Below the pieces are notes generated by a model. That model had not been told where the DNA came from. It searched no databases and saw only the letters and a list, made by a program, of their open reading frames with translations. This document shows, in pieces, positions 29,341 to 39,018 of a DNA stretch of 64,000 nucleotides (position 1 is its first letter; each line of letters begins with the position of its first letter). Position numbers and translations under genes: made by a program. This DNA is from an uncultured archaeon (GTDB lineage Archaea > Asgardarchaeota > Hermodarchaeia > Hermodarchaeales > Hermodarchaeaceae). The DNA is taken from NCBI GenBank assembly GCA_964347045.1, contig CAYFXC010000007.1, forward strand, positions 10,549 to 74,548. The letters run 5' to 3'.

Positions 29341-30357
29341 TCAGAGTCTTTTTAAAAGTGCTGCCCAGAGTGCATCTTCGGGGGGTTGGACTAGCGTCTT
29401 GATTGACCCGTCAAGTTCGACTATTTTTCTTTGAGTAGGATTCTTTACAACATGTCCGATAATAGATGCAGATATTCCATCATCTTGGAGGATTTTAACG
29501 AGATTTGAAGCCTGTTTTGCTTCCACCGCTATCAACATGGCTCCGCTAGCAATAAGTTCGAGAGGATTAATATTAAAAAAGTTACAAATTTGATTTGTTT
29601 CTTCAGAAATAATCAGCTTACTGCGATTAACAATAAACCCCACCTTTGACGCATCAGCCAACTCATGTAAGCCGTTAGCCACACCTCCTTCTGTTGGATC
29701 ATGCATTGCAGTAACAGCGCCTGTAGATATCGCTTTGAGCGCTTCAGGAACAACACTGATTTTGTGAATAAACTTTTGCGCACGATTTATCAATGAATCA
29801 TTGAAGTTTTTCCGCAAGATCTTTTCTCGTTCGGTGGCTAGAATTGCTGTTCCTTCAATTGCAACGCCTTTGGTTAGAATAATCGAATTATCAGGCTTTG
29901 CTTGAGTAGAAGTTACAAACTGATTCTGTTCTGCTACACCTAACATGAATCCAATGATAATCGGTCGCTGCAGGCTAGGGGTTACCTCACTATGACCACC
30001 TATGATGCTGACTTTCAAATCTTTAGCCGCAGAATCCATTGACGCCATAATTTCTTTCAGCATTTGAGATTCAGCATTTTCTGGTAACAAAATTGTTGCA
30101 AGAAACCATCGAGGTCGAATTCCAAATGTAGCAACATCATTTGCGCATATATGGACAACATAGGCTCCAATATTATGAATAGCACCCGTGATAGGATCTG
30201 TGGTTGCAACAACTACTTTTCGCCCTATACGAACTAATGCAGCATCACGACCGATTCCAGGACCATAAATTAAATCTGAATCAGGAGCCCCTAGAAAAGG
30301 AAATACGCTTTTTTTTAAAATCTTTGGAGGAACTTTTCCTATGGGTAGGTTTGGCAA
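29341..30357 (-). CDS. AIR synthase (PurM/HypE-like) family protein
   Basis: GPGIGRDAA, TDPITG, ANDVA, IIGGHSEVT, TKGVAIEGT, MHDPTEGG. Confidence 0.88.
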   Translation of the reverse strand: MPNLPIGKVPPKILKKSVFPFLGAPDSDLIYGPGIGRDAALVRIGRKVVVATTDPITGAIHNIGAYVVHICANDVATFGIRPRWFLATILLPENAESQMLKEIMASMDSAAKDLKVSIIGGHSEVTPSLQRPIIIGFMLGVAEQNQFVTSTQAKPDNSIILTKGVAIEGTAILATEREKILRKNFNDSLINRAQKFIHKISVVPEALKAISTGAVTAMHDPTEGGVANGLHELADASKVGFIVNRSKLIISEETNQICNFFNINPLELIASGAMLIAVEAKQASNLVKILQDDGISASIIGHVVKNPTQRKIVELDGSIKTLVQPPEDALWAALLKRL

Positions 30358-30539
30358 TTAATTGACACCTCTCAGGCATTCTGCAGGAAAAATAGTTTAA
30401 ATGTGTGTTTATCAACAAAGTTAGTTGATTGGGAGATTAGATACGGACAATGTTTTAAGGTCTCGAACTCGGAGAAGGTATTAGGGCATGCAATATTGAG
30501 GGAATCTCTCTTCACAAACAAATTTGTGGTTGGCTAGTT

Positions 30540-31214
30540 ATGAGTCAAAGACGCGAAAATTGGGTTTATGTCTGTCTTTGTGTCGTGATTGTATTAGGTT
30601 CTATTTTTTGGTTTGTAAGGCCTGTTCCCACTATTTTTGTTGTTATAATCGCCATACTAGCAATTGGCATTATCTATGTCTACCGTGCTCAGAGTGATGA
30701 ATCTTCGACAATGTCACCGAGTAGCTCAGATTCTCCCGAGGAAAAAGAAACATTAGCTTCAATTATTGAAACGTTCCAAGAACAGGATTCGGTTTTAGAA
30801 CCGACTCTTGAGTTAGATGAAAAAACTCCTGATTCACTTGTTACTCCCTCTGCTCTTCAATCCATGCCAGAAAAAGAATCGAAGGAATCAATTAGAGCGC
30901 TTCAAGAACGTATTACAGAATTAGAAAAGCGAGTGATATCATTAAAACAGCAACTCGTAGGTGATCCAATTCCTAGTAGCGAAGATATAGTTTCAGCTTC
31001 CGATAAACAAGAATACAGAGAGGAGGAACTTTCAGAAAAGGCAACCCAGCAACTATTGGACACTCTTGATGAGAAGCTTGCGAAAGGCGCAATCTCCAAG
31101 CAGTTATACACCCAGTTACGCGACAAGTATATAGCGAGGATGGAGAAAGCAAAAAAGAGACACAAAGCATCTGCTATTCCGGGGAAAAAAGACTCAATTA
31201 CAGGTGACACGTGA
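30540..31214 (+). CDS. Membrane protein: 2 N-terminal TM, disordered linker, coiled coil, SHOCT-like C-terminal hairpin
   Basis: IRALQERITELEKRV coiled coil; LLDTLDEKLAKGAISKQLYTQLRDKY. Confidence 0.7.
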   Translation: MSQRRENWVYVCLCVVIVLGSIFWFVRPVPTIFVVIIAILAIGIIYVYRAQSDESSTMSPSSSDSPEEKETLASIIETFQEQDSVLEPTLELDEKTPDSLVTPSALQSMPEKESKESIRALQERITELEKRVISLKQQLVGDPIPSSEDIVSASDKQEYREEELSEKATQQLLDTLDEKLAKGAISKQLYTQLRDKYIARMEKAKKRHKASAIPGKKDSITGDT

Positions 31215-31217
31215 AGC

Positions 31218-32015
31218 ATGCCGAGTAAGCGAACGTCTGCCATCATTGGAATATGGGTATTAGTAGCGGTCACCCTAATCGTTGATGCTTTTTTCTTTTC
31301 AGGAGTCTTGCTTGATAGTCTTTTTCCTGGTTTAGGCGGTATAGTAAACGTCCTAATCTTTGCCTTGATTCCATTCATTGCGGCAAGTTTTTTACTGGAC
31401 CGTCGCACGACGCCATCACCGGCTGCAGGACAATCTCGTTCACCACCTCAAGGCGCACGTTCCGCATCAGGGGAACCGTTCAGCAGTGCTAGACCTAAAC
31501 CGCGGATCAAACGGGATAAACGAGCGGCTCAACTTGAAACCATTGTCGTTGAACCAAGAGCAGTGGGAAACAACAGTATTCAAGCAAATTCTCAAGATAC
31601 CACTTCACCGATCTCTCAACAGACTTCACCAAGTTCTAGATTCCTGCGATCTCGCCGACCGCATTCTGAAGAAGCTGTTGAAGTTGACCAACAGGTTCAG
31701 GAACAGCTTGATGCAATTGAGCTTGAGATGGCTAAGCTGGAAGAACAACTTGAACAAAATGGAGTTTCACCCGCCCCATCAAATTCTGATTCGGTATCAA
31801 ATTTGGAAGTGAATGAGCCTGTCTCAAACACTGTAACTCCTACAACAAAGTCTAGTGGTAATTCACTTTCGGGTGAAGAAGCAACTTCAGAACTTCAAGC
31901 TATAGATGAACTCCTAAAACGGTTGGAACAACGGAAACGCGCAGGAGGCGTAGAAGAAGAAACTTACCAACGCCTTCGTGAGAAGTACCTAAAACGACGT
32001 TCAGAACTGACCTAG
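31218..32015 (+). CDS. Membrane protein with the same architecture as the preceding gene
   Basis: 2 TM; LDAIELEMAKLEEQL coiled coil; LLKRLEQRKRAGGVEEETYQRLREKY. Confidence 0.7.
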   Translation: MPSKRTSAIIGIWVLVAVTLIVDAFFFSGVLLDSLFPGLGGIVNVLIFALIPFIAASFLLDRRTTPSPAAGQSRSPPQGARSASGEPFSSARPKPRIKRDKRAAQLETIVVEPRAVGNNSIQANSQDTTSPISQQTSPSSRFLRSRRPHSEEAVEVDQQVQEQLDAIELEMAKLEEQLEQNGVSPAPSNSDSVSNLEVNEPVSNTVTPTTKSSGNSLSGEEATSELQAIDELLKRLEQRKRAGGVEEETYQRLREKYLKRRSELT

Positions 32016-32041
32016 CTTTCATATATTGTTGTTATTAATCG

Positions 32042-32713
32042 CTAGGCACGGTATTTGATTACCATTGAAATGATAATATCCGCAGCGTCTTTCGCCTTAT
32101 CAGTGGTCTGCCCAAGTAGTTGAATAATATCATGGAGTAGTACGAGAGTTGAACATTCCATCTCATGCTCAACAAGAAGTTTTAGGGTTTCAAATTCAAC
32201 ATCGCGATTCTTTTCTCGAATCGGATAGACTGAATGCGCTTTCCCTAGGGCGGCATCGAAGTCTTTACTTAATGCCACGATACTTTCCACAACTGCTTCT
32301 GTAGCTTGCACACAAAGTTTAGCCATATCACTGAGTGATTCTTTTACATCAAGATCAATTGGTTCCCCAATAATTCGCATTTTTCTTACAATTAATTCAG
32401 ACCGGTCAGCAAGCCCATCAACGGAGGAAATCAAGTCAAACTGACCACTACTTGTGACAGGAAGTAAGGAACTTTTGAAGAACTCTTCGTTAATTCGTTC
32501 TTCGACCTCATCTGCTTGTAGCTCGAGTTTTAGAACTTTCTCTCCAAGCTCTTGTTCAGATTCTACCAGTCGTTTTTCAGGGCGCTTTTCCAGTATTATA
32601 CTGATGTATTCATAAAGAGCTTGGACAGTTTTCAGTACAAGTTCAGCATGTTCCACAATGAGGTTCCGAATGGTATCTTCTTGCTTTCTTCGCCACACTA
32701 TTCGAGTCACCAT
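32042..32713 (-). CDS. DUF47/PhoU-like phosphate transport regulator
   Basis: LELQADEV..LLP...DL..VDGLAD, DKAKDAAD helical repeat pattern. Confidence 0.8.
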   Translation of the reverse strand: MVTRIVWRRKQEDTIRNLIVEHAELVLKTVQALYEYISIILEKRPEKRLVESEQELGEKVLKLELQADEVEERINEEFFKSSLLPVTSSGQFDLISSVDGLADRSELIVRKMRIIGEPIDLDVKESLSDMAKLCVQATEAVVESIVALSKDFDAALGKAHSVYPIREKNRDVEFETLKLLVEHEMECSTLVLLHDIIQLLGQTTDKAKDAADIIISMVIKYRA

Positions 32714-32784
32714 GAAGTATTTATTGTTACAAACAGATAGGGCTACTGGATTTTAAAGATTTGACTTGTGGCGAATTTTCAGAA

Positions 32785-33564
32785 TCAAAACTTATGACGC
32801 CGAAACTTCATAATAGGCAAATTTTTTCGGACTGTCTTTATTTCTTCAAGATTTACTATCGCTTCAATTAGTTGAGGCGCATCGTTTGCCTGTGCTAAGG
32901 TTGTACCGGCAGGATCTATAATTGCACTGCGTCCCCCAAAAAGGCGTTTTCCGTCACTTCCGACTCGATTACATCCAATTACAAATACTTGGTTTTCAAT
33001 CGCTCTCGCGCGAAGTAATGTAGCCCACACGGCTATTCTTTCAGCAGGAAACTCAGCTGGACAGAAAATTACTTGCGCACCATTTTGAGTTAATCTTCCA
33101 GCGAGTTCAGGGAAACGTAAGTCAAAACAGATCATAACTCCGAAGAGCCCAAGTTCAGTTTTGAATATTGAAGCTTCAAAGCCAGCTGAGAGGAATTTGT
33201 CTTCCTGGAACGGAGGAAATAAATGGATTTTATCATAATGTCCTAGCAATTTTCCATCTTTTCCAATCAAATGGCACGTATTGTAGATCTCTGTACCACG
33301 TTTTTCTAAGATGCTACCTGCTACAATAAAAATACGAAATCGACCTGCTAGATCACGCAATAACCCAATAGAGTGACCTTTTGGTGATTCAGCAAGGCTA
33401 TTCGCTTTATCTAGGCAATAGCCCGTTGTAAAAAGTTCTGGTAAAACTATTAGGTCAACTTTGCGAGTTGCGGCCTCCTTTACCATTTGAACTGCTGTTT
33501 CGAGATTAACTTCTTTGTTCCCTAGGGCAACATCTATTTGGGCACAGGCAATTCGAAATTCCAT
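32785..33564 (-). CDS. Carbon-nitrogen hydrolase (nitrilase/omega-amidase family)
   Basis: LPELFTTGY, YDKIHLF, ICFDLRFPE, RARAIENQ (E-K-C triad). Confidence 0.93.
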   Translation of the reverse strand: MEFRIACAQIDVALGNKEVNLETAVQMVKEAATRKVDLIVLPELFTTGYCLDKANSLAESPKGHSIGLLRDLAGRFRIFIVAGSILEKRGTEIYNTCHLIGKDGKLLGHYDKIHLFPPFQEDKFLSAGFEASIFKTELGLFGVMICFDLRFPELAGRLTQNGAQVIFCPAEFPAERIAVWATLLRARAIENQVFVIGCNRVGSDGKRLFGGRSAIIDPAGTTLAQANDAPQLIEAIVNLEEIKTVRKNLPIMKFRRHKF

Positions 33565-33662
33565 AACAATCTAGCCCTCTACATGCTTACTCAAAAATGC
33601 TGGTAATAACATTCAAGCAAGCAAAGCCTTTATCTTCAGGAGGTTTTTATGACCGCACGTTG

Positions 33663-34025
33663 ATGACTGTGACTGACATTGAATTGAAACCTTCAACGCT
33701 CATGAAGCTGAAAGATTTGGACAACCTTGTGCGGTTGGTTCATTGGTGGGCGGCACGCGAACGTACAGCTACAATCCTTTATTTCAAAAAAGGAGACAAA
33801 TATGTCATGGGCACAATGACATCAATACCAGGTTGGTATAATCTTGAAGGCCTTCCCTTGTTCCTTTATGTGGAAACGGACAAAAAACCAAAAGGAATCT
33901 TCATTAAATACAAAGCAGATCCAGAAGAACAATGGGATTATGCTAAGGGGACTTTTGATCGAACTTGGATGTACATCCCACTTATTGAACTCTCTGTAAT
34001 TCCAGAGTTTCTCAAGAATCTCTAG
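33663..34025 (+). CDS. Hypothetical protein
   Basis: Protein-like composition; abuts the convergent neighbour; start uncertain. Confidence 0.65.
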   Translation: MTVTDIELKPSTLMKLKDLDNLVRLVHWWAARERTATILYFKKGDKYVMGTMTSIPGWYNLEGLPLFLYVETDKKPKGIFIKYKADPEEQWDYAKGTFDRTWMYIPLIELSVIPEFLKNL

Positions 34026-35224
34026 TCTTCGATTTCCTCGATTTTATCTTGCTTTTCAATTGATTCAGCATCTTCCAGTATTTGTCTTTCTAATGAATCT
34101 GTTTCCTCAACAAGCACTTCATCCAGCTCCATTATTTCATCAGGTGCCGCGAAGAAGCTGATTGTAAAAGCAAAGATGAAGATCAGACTTGATCCGACCA
34201 TAAGCGTTGGACGGAGCCAGATGGCTGAAATACTGAAGAAGCCATTAAGTACTTCGACAATGAGAAATGATGCAGCGAACAGGATGCCAATTATTGAAAG
34301 TTTAAGATTCCCCCCGAGCCCTACTGCGAATTTAACAAGATAGACAATAGCGATTATTCCAAGACAGAGATAATTGACATAACTGATGTTTCCAAGGGTT
34401 CCGGCAAATCCTATTGGATCCGGAAAAGCTAGATTGTAGGTTAAACCTGAATTTACCGAGAGAGAGAAGACAGGCAGGAAGGGATTTAGCAGCACCCAAA
34501 AAACAACAAAGAGGACAAGTTCAGTAAAACGAATTAACCATAATTTTTGGCTATCGCTATGCTGAAGTTTACCACTTTTATCCAAAGTCCCATAAGATAG
34601 ATGAAGCAAAGAGCCGATCGCAAGAGCATTGACAATACAAAGTGACGTAAAGTACAATGGATCAAAAAGCAGCCACCACGCAGTGAAAATAATCCCTACA
34701 ATTGCAATAAAGTATTGGAACCAAATGACAGTTAGATAGATAGGCACAATCGCCAGCAGAATGAAAAGGATGAGAGTATAACCTAATCGTGTGCCTTGGC
34801 TTCTTTGCCATATATTTTCTGAACGATGAACAATTCGATAGGCCAAAATAAGGGCTGCAAAAATCGCAAGAGGAGGAGAAATGAAAGGAAAAATGAAGAA
34901 GGCGAGTATTATAAGTGTGTTGAAGCTATAGAGCATTCTCCATCGGAGGGGAATGAGGTTGCCTTTTTTATTCATGATTTCTGAGGCATTGATGGTTCGT
35001 TCTCGAAAAATGACTACAAAGAGAATCCAAGGAAAGGCAAAAATAGCAGGCATGATGAGATAACGAAAGATACTGGAGAGAGGTAATTCAATTAATCCGG
35101 GTATTAGCGGTGCATAGAATGAAAGGATAAAGATCAGAATTATGAAGTAGGAAACCACGCAAATTGCAACGACTATTGGGAGAAGATTGCTTGATCGCTT
35201 GGCATGAGCGTAAATGAATGACAT
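34022..35224 (-). CDS. Polytopic membrane protein (about 9 TM) with acidic C-terminal tail
   Basis: Many long hydrophobic segments; D/E-rich C-terminus. Confidence 0.8.
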   Translation of the reverse strand: MSFIYAHAKRSSNLLPIVVAICVVSYFIILIFILSFYAPLIPGLIELPLSSIFRYLIMPAIFAFPWILFVVIFRERTINASEIMNKKGNLIPLRWRMLYSFNTLIILAFFIFPFISPPLAIFAALILAYRIVHRSENIWQRSQGTRLGYTLILFILLAIVPIYLTVIWFQYFIAIVGIIFTAWWLLFDPLYFTSLCIVNALAIGSLLHLSYGTLDKSGKLQHSDSQKLWLIRFTELVLFVVFWVLLNPFLPVFSLSVNSGLTYNLAFPDPIGFAGTLGNISYVNYLCLGIIAIVYLVKFAVGLGGNLKLSIIGILFAASFLIVEVLNGFFSISAIWLRPTLMVGSSLIFIFAFTISFFAAPDEIMELDEVLVEETDSLERQILEDAESIEKQDKIEEIED

Positions 35225-35376
35225 GGCTGCTCGCTAGCGATTAAGCAAATTCACCGTTTTTAATTTGCTGTCTACTGTGCGCTTCGTCTACCAAAGAGGA
35301 GAAATGCTTAAATGCTGTTCACAACTTAAACGCCCATATACTTTACAACCATAAACTATGTTGGAAGGTGTAACTA

Positions 35377-36459
35377 ATGAGACCGATTAAGGTTGCTATT
35401 GCAGGGCTTGGTAATTGCGCATCTGCGCTTGTGCAAGGCGTGAATTATTATAAAGACGTCAACGGGCATGAAGACCGAGTAACAGGCCTTATGCATCCAT
35501 CCTTTGGAGGTTATTTACTACGGGACATCAAATTTGTTGCCGCTTTTGAAGTTAACGCAGGAAAAATCGGGAAAGATATCAGCAAGGCAATCTTTGTTCA
35601 CCCCAATTGCGTAATCAAATTTGCTGAAACACCAAAACTTGGAGTTAAGGTTCTACCCGCACCCATAATGGACGGTGTAGCCGAACACATGTTTGGCGCA
35701 TTTGACGTATACGATACAAAAACAACTACACCAGTTAATGTAACCGAAGAGCTCCGCAATGCGAATGCAGAAATTCTAATAAACTTCCTTCCGGTTGGGA
35801 GTGCCGAAGCCTCGCGTTACTATGCCCAAGCAGCCTTAGATGCCGGATGTGGTTTCATTAACTGCATCCCTGAATTCATTGTTTCTGATAGTAAATGGCA
35901 AGACAAATACCGAAAAGCCGGACTGCCAATGGCAGGAGACGACATTAAAAGCCAAGTGGGCGCTACCATCCTCCATCGCGTCATAGCCCAACTATTATCT
36001 GATCGCGGAATCGAGATTGACGAAACCTACCAACTTAACATAGGTGGAAATACAGACTTTGAAAACATGCTTGCAGAACACCGCTTGAAAAGTAAAAGAA
36101 TAAGCAAAACTGAAGCCGTTACGAGCATTCTTGATTATCCAGTGCCCACACGTATTGGACCTAGCGATTATGTCCCATTTCTCGATGATACAAAGGTCTG
36201 CTATATCCACGCAAAAGGTAAGAAATGGGGGGGAATGCCAATCCAAATCGCATTAAAACTATCTGTTGAGGACTCCCCGAATAGTGCAGGGGTTGTTGCA
36301 GATGTTATTCGTGCCACCAAAATCGCATTAGATCGTGGAACTAGTGGTCCTTTGATGAGTATTTCAGCTTATTCATTTAAGCACCCACCAGAACAGATTG
36401 AGGACAGCATTGCTAAACAACGAGTTGAAGAGTACATCCAAGGAACTCGTGAACGCTAG
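35377..36459 (+). CDS. ino1: Myo-inositol-1-phosphate synthase
   Basis: GLGNCASALVQG, NFLPVGS, GDDIKSQVGAT, YQLNIGGNTDF, SKRISKT, VEDSPNSAG. Confidence 0.96.
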   Translation: MRPIKVAIAGLGNCASALVQGVNYYKDVNGHEDRVTGLMHPSFGGYLLRDIKFVAAFEVNAGKIGKDISKAIFVHPNCVIKFAETPKLGVKVLPAPIMDGVAEHMFGAFDVYDTKTTTPVNVTEELRNANAEILINFLPVGSAEASRYYAQAALDAGCGFINCIPEFIVSDSKWQDKYRKAGLPMAGDDIKSQVGATILHRVIAQLLSDRGIEIDETYQLNIGGNTDFENMLAEHRLKSKRISKTEAVTSILDYPVPTRIGPSDYVPFLDDTKVCYIHAKGKKWGGMPIQIALKLSVEDSPNSAGVVADVIRATKIALDRGTSGPLMSISAYSFKHPPEQIEDSIAKQRVEEYIQGTRER

Positions 36460-36473
36460 TTTACGCAATTAAT

Positions 36474-36671
36474 TCAATCGTCTGAACTTTGTGGCATCGT
36501 GAGCGGTGAACCTGAAATCCAAAGTTCGCGTTTAAGAAGATCACGAATAGCCACACGAATCGCTTCACTTCTCGTCGGATATGTTCCTCTATCAACCAGT
36601 GTATCAAGCCCTCGAACATAGGCTTTTGGGAGTTTAACGGATACCAAATGCAAGCGTATTACCCGGGACAT
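36474..36671 (-). CDS. Ribbon-helix-helix (CopG/CdrS-like) transcriptional regulator
   Basis: VSVKLP..LD.LV..G.YPTRSEAIRVAIRDLL. Confidence 0.9.
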   Translation of the reverse strand: MSRVIRLHLVSVKLPKAYVRGLDTLVDRGTYPTRSEAIRVAIRDLLKRELWISGSPLTMPQSSDD

Positions 36672-36832
36672 ACCCTGACCTATATCTGGATATTATAAAA
36701 ACACTTTCGCTCGATTCGAATCCGGCTTTCTCCTACTCGGATTTTTCGGAAAAGCCTTTTAAGAAACTCTGACACGAGACACTACAAAATCACCACTAGC
36801 GAGTGGTAACCACAAAGGAGCGATTATTCATA

Positions 36833-38350
36833 ATGGAAAAAATGCCACCTAAAGAACTCCCATACACAACGAAATCAGTATGTCCCGAATGCTTCTGTGT
36901 TATAGAAGCCACCATTTACGAAGAAGACGGCAATGTCATGATCAAGAAAGAATGCACAGAACACGGTGAATACAAAGACACATACTGGTCTAGTGCATCG
37001 GAGTTTAATCGGGCCTTTCAATTCGCCTACAAAGGTATTGGTCTAGAAAACCCTCGAACCGAAACCGTAAACGAATGTCCCAATGATTGTGGTATCTGCC
37101 CGAATCATAAAACACACACCAATCTCGCACTTATTGATGTTACAAACCGATGTAACCTAGAGTGTCCGATTTGTTTTGCACACGCTGGAAAAGCAGGATA
37201 CGTCTATGAACCCACTCTAGATGAAATTCGTGCAATGTTAGAAAATCTTCGTGCTAATAAACCGGTACCTGCACCTGCAGTTCAATTTGCAGGTGGCGAA
37301 CCAACAATGCGAGCGGATTTACCGGAGATTATCAAAATTGCGAAAGAGGTTGGTTTCCCTCATGTGCAAATTGCCACAAATGGCTTATTACTGGGTCAAA
37401 AGGGTTATCCGAAGAAGCTGGTTGAAGCCGGTTTGAGTACAGCATACCTACAATTTGATGGCGTCACGAAGGAACCCTATCTCGCAGCACGAGGCGTGAA
37501 CCTACTCTCTCAGAAAATGAAAGCACTGGAAAGAAGTCGTGAAGAAGGACTTCACAGTATCGTTCTTGTTCCAACACTTGTACGTGGCGTGAATGATGAC
37601 CAAGTCGGCGATATCATTCGATTTGCGGTCGAAAACAATGACATTATCCGTTGTATCAACTTCCAACCAGTATCGATTACTGGTCGGATTGATGCGGATC
37701 AACGCAAAGAGATGCGAATCACGATTCCTGATTTAACGCGGCTTGCAGAAGAGCAAACGGATGGGATAATTAAACAAAGCGACTGGTACCCCGTTCCTTT
37801 TGTAATGCCCTTAGCAAGAGCACTTGGTGCAAGATCAGGAACACCAATGGTGGAATTTTCAGAACATCCTGCTTGTGGTATGGCTACATTCATTGTCATC
37901 GACGACGACGGTAGCTGGGCCCCAATAACAAAATACGTACAGGTCGAAAAATTCCTTGGAACTCTTGAAAAAATGGCAAAAGATTTTGAAAAAGGAAAAG
38001 GCTGGCGCGGAAGCCTGCGCGGAGTCATGGGAGCTATGCGTTTCTTCAAGAAGAAAGGGTTACTATTCAGACTTGCTGATAACCTGCTTCGGAAAAAGGA
38101 CTACGATGCACTAGCCGAATTCATGAAACGCATTATAATGATTGGATCAATGCATTTCATGGATCCATACAATTTCGATCTTGAACGTGTTGAACGATGC
38201 GGAATTCATTATGCAATTCCAGATGGTCGGATTGTACCATTCTGCGCAATGAACTCTTTTCATCGTCCAAAAATTGAGCAACAATTTGCCATGCCTTTAG
38301 AGAAATGGCAAGAAGATCATCCTGGTAAGAAGCTGAACGCGCAAGCATAG
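36833..38350 (+). CDS. tes: Tetraether lipid synthase (Tes/GDGT-MAS, radical SAM)
   Basis: SVCPEC..C.EHG, CPNDCGICPNH, TNRCNLECPICFA, NFQPVS.TGR, HPACG, MHFMDPYNFDLERV.RC.IHY..PDG..VPFC. Confidence 0.88.
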   Translation: MEKMPPKELPYTTKSVCPECFCVIEATIYEEDGNVMIKKECTEHGEYKDTYWSSASEFNRAFQFAYKGIGLENPRTETVNECPNDCGICPNHKTHTNLALIDVTNRCNLECPICFAHAGKAGYVYEPTLDEIRAMLENLRANKPVPAPAVQFAGGEPTMRADLPEIIKIAKEVGFPHVQIATNGLLLGQKGYPKKLVEAGLSTAYLQFDGVTKEPYLAARGVNLLSQKMKALERSREEGLHSIVLVPTLVRGVNDDQVGDIIRFAVENNDIIRCINFQPVSITGRIDADQRKEMRITIPDLTRLAEEQTDGIIKQSDWYPVPFVMPLARALGARSGTPMVEFSEHPACGMATFIVIDDDGSWAPITKYVQVEKFLGTLEKMAKDFEKGKGWRGSLRGVMGAMRFFKKKGLLFRLADNLLRKKDYDALAEFMKRIIMIGSMHFMDPYNFDLERVERCGIHYAIPDGRIVPFCAMNSFHRPKIEQQFAMPLEKWQEDHPGKKLNAQA

Positions 38351-38413
38351 GTGTTAGCTTCCACCCCTTCCCTTTATTTTGGTGTATGTGCCTAATAGAA
38401 TCGGCGTTGTGTT

Positions 38414-38992
38414 TTGACATCGCAAAAGGCTTTATTGAAACCCGCTACGCGTCTTCTTGGAGTAGCGGAAAGTGGATTTGTAGGTGCTAGTGATACGATT
38501 CTTGGTGGGGTCGTAATGCGCAGGGATTTGTTAATCGATGGTATGGCTTGGAGCAAAGCTACCATTGGGGGAGTTGATTCCACTCAAGCGATTATTCGAA
38601 TGATTGAATTTCTTGAACGCTCTGACATAAACGGCCTAATGCTGCATGGTACTATTATCGCTGGATACAATATCATCGATATGGCCAAGCTGTTTGAAAA
38701 TTTTTCTTTTCCGATAATTAGCGTTACCAAGAAACCTCAAGAAGATTTGAAAGAGCATCTAAAATCGACCTTTTCTCTCGATTGGGAAAAACGGTGGAAG
38801 ATAGTTCAACGAAATGGCGAAATTAAGTCAATTGAAGTTGAGCCTAATTCCTATGTATTTGTTCAGTTTACAGGGTGTGAATTGGAAGTTGTAAAAGGAG
38901 TTATCAAACGTTTTACCCATTTTGGAGGTTTACCGGAACCAATTCGTGTGGCACGGATATTGGCTCGTTCTCTAGTCAAAACAAGCAAATGA
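38414..38992 (+). CDS. DUF99 endonuclease V-like protein
   Basis: RLLGVAES, GVVMR.D..IDG, IGG.DST, IAGYNIID, PEPIRVA. Confidence 0.88.
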   Translation: MTSQKALLKPATRLLGVAESGFVGASDTILGGVVMRRDLLIDGMAWSKATIGGVDSTQAIIRMIEFLERSDINGLMLHGTIIAGYNIIDMAKLFENFSFPIISVTKKPQEDLKEHLKSTFSLDWEKRWKIVQRNGEIKSIEVEPNSYVFVQFTGCELEVVKGVIKRFTHFGGLPEPIRVARILARSLVKTSK

Positions 38993-39018
38993 AGTTAGAA
39001 CGAGATTGCTCTGAGAGT

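Noticed and set aside
21521-30357. Hydrogenase maturation cluster (hypB plus HypE-like gene)
   Set aside because: The genes are far apart, no other hyp or hydrogenase genes are present, and the PurM-fold gene is a generic family member
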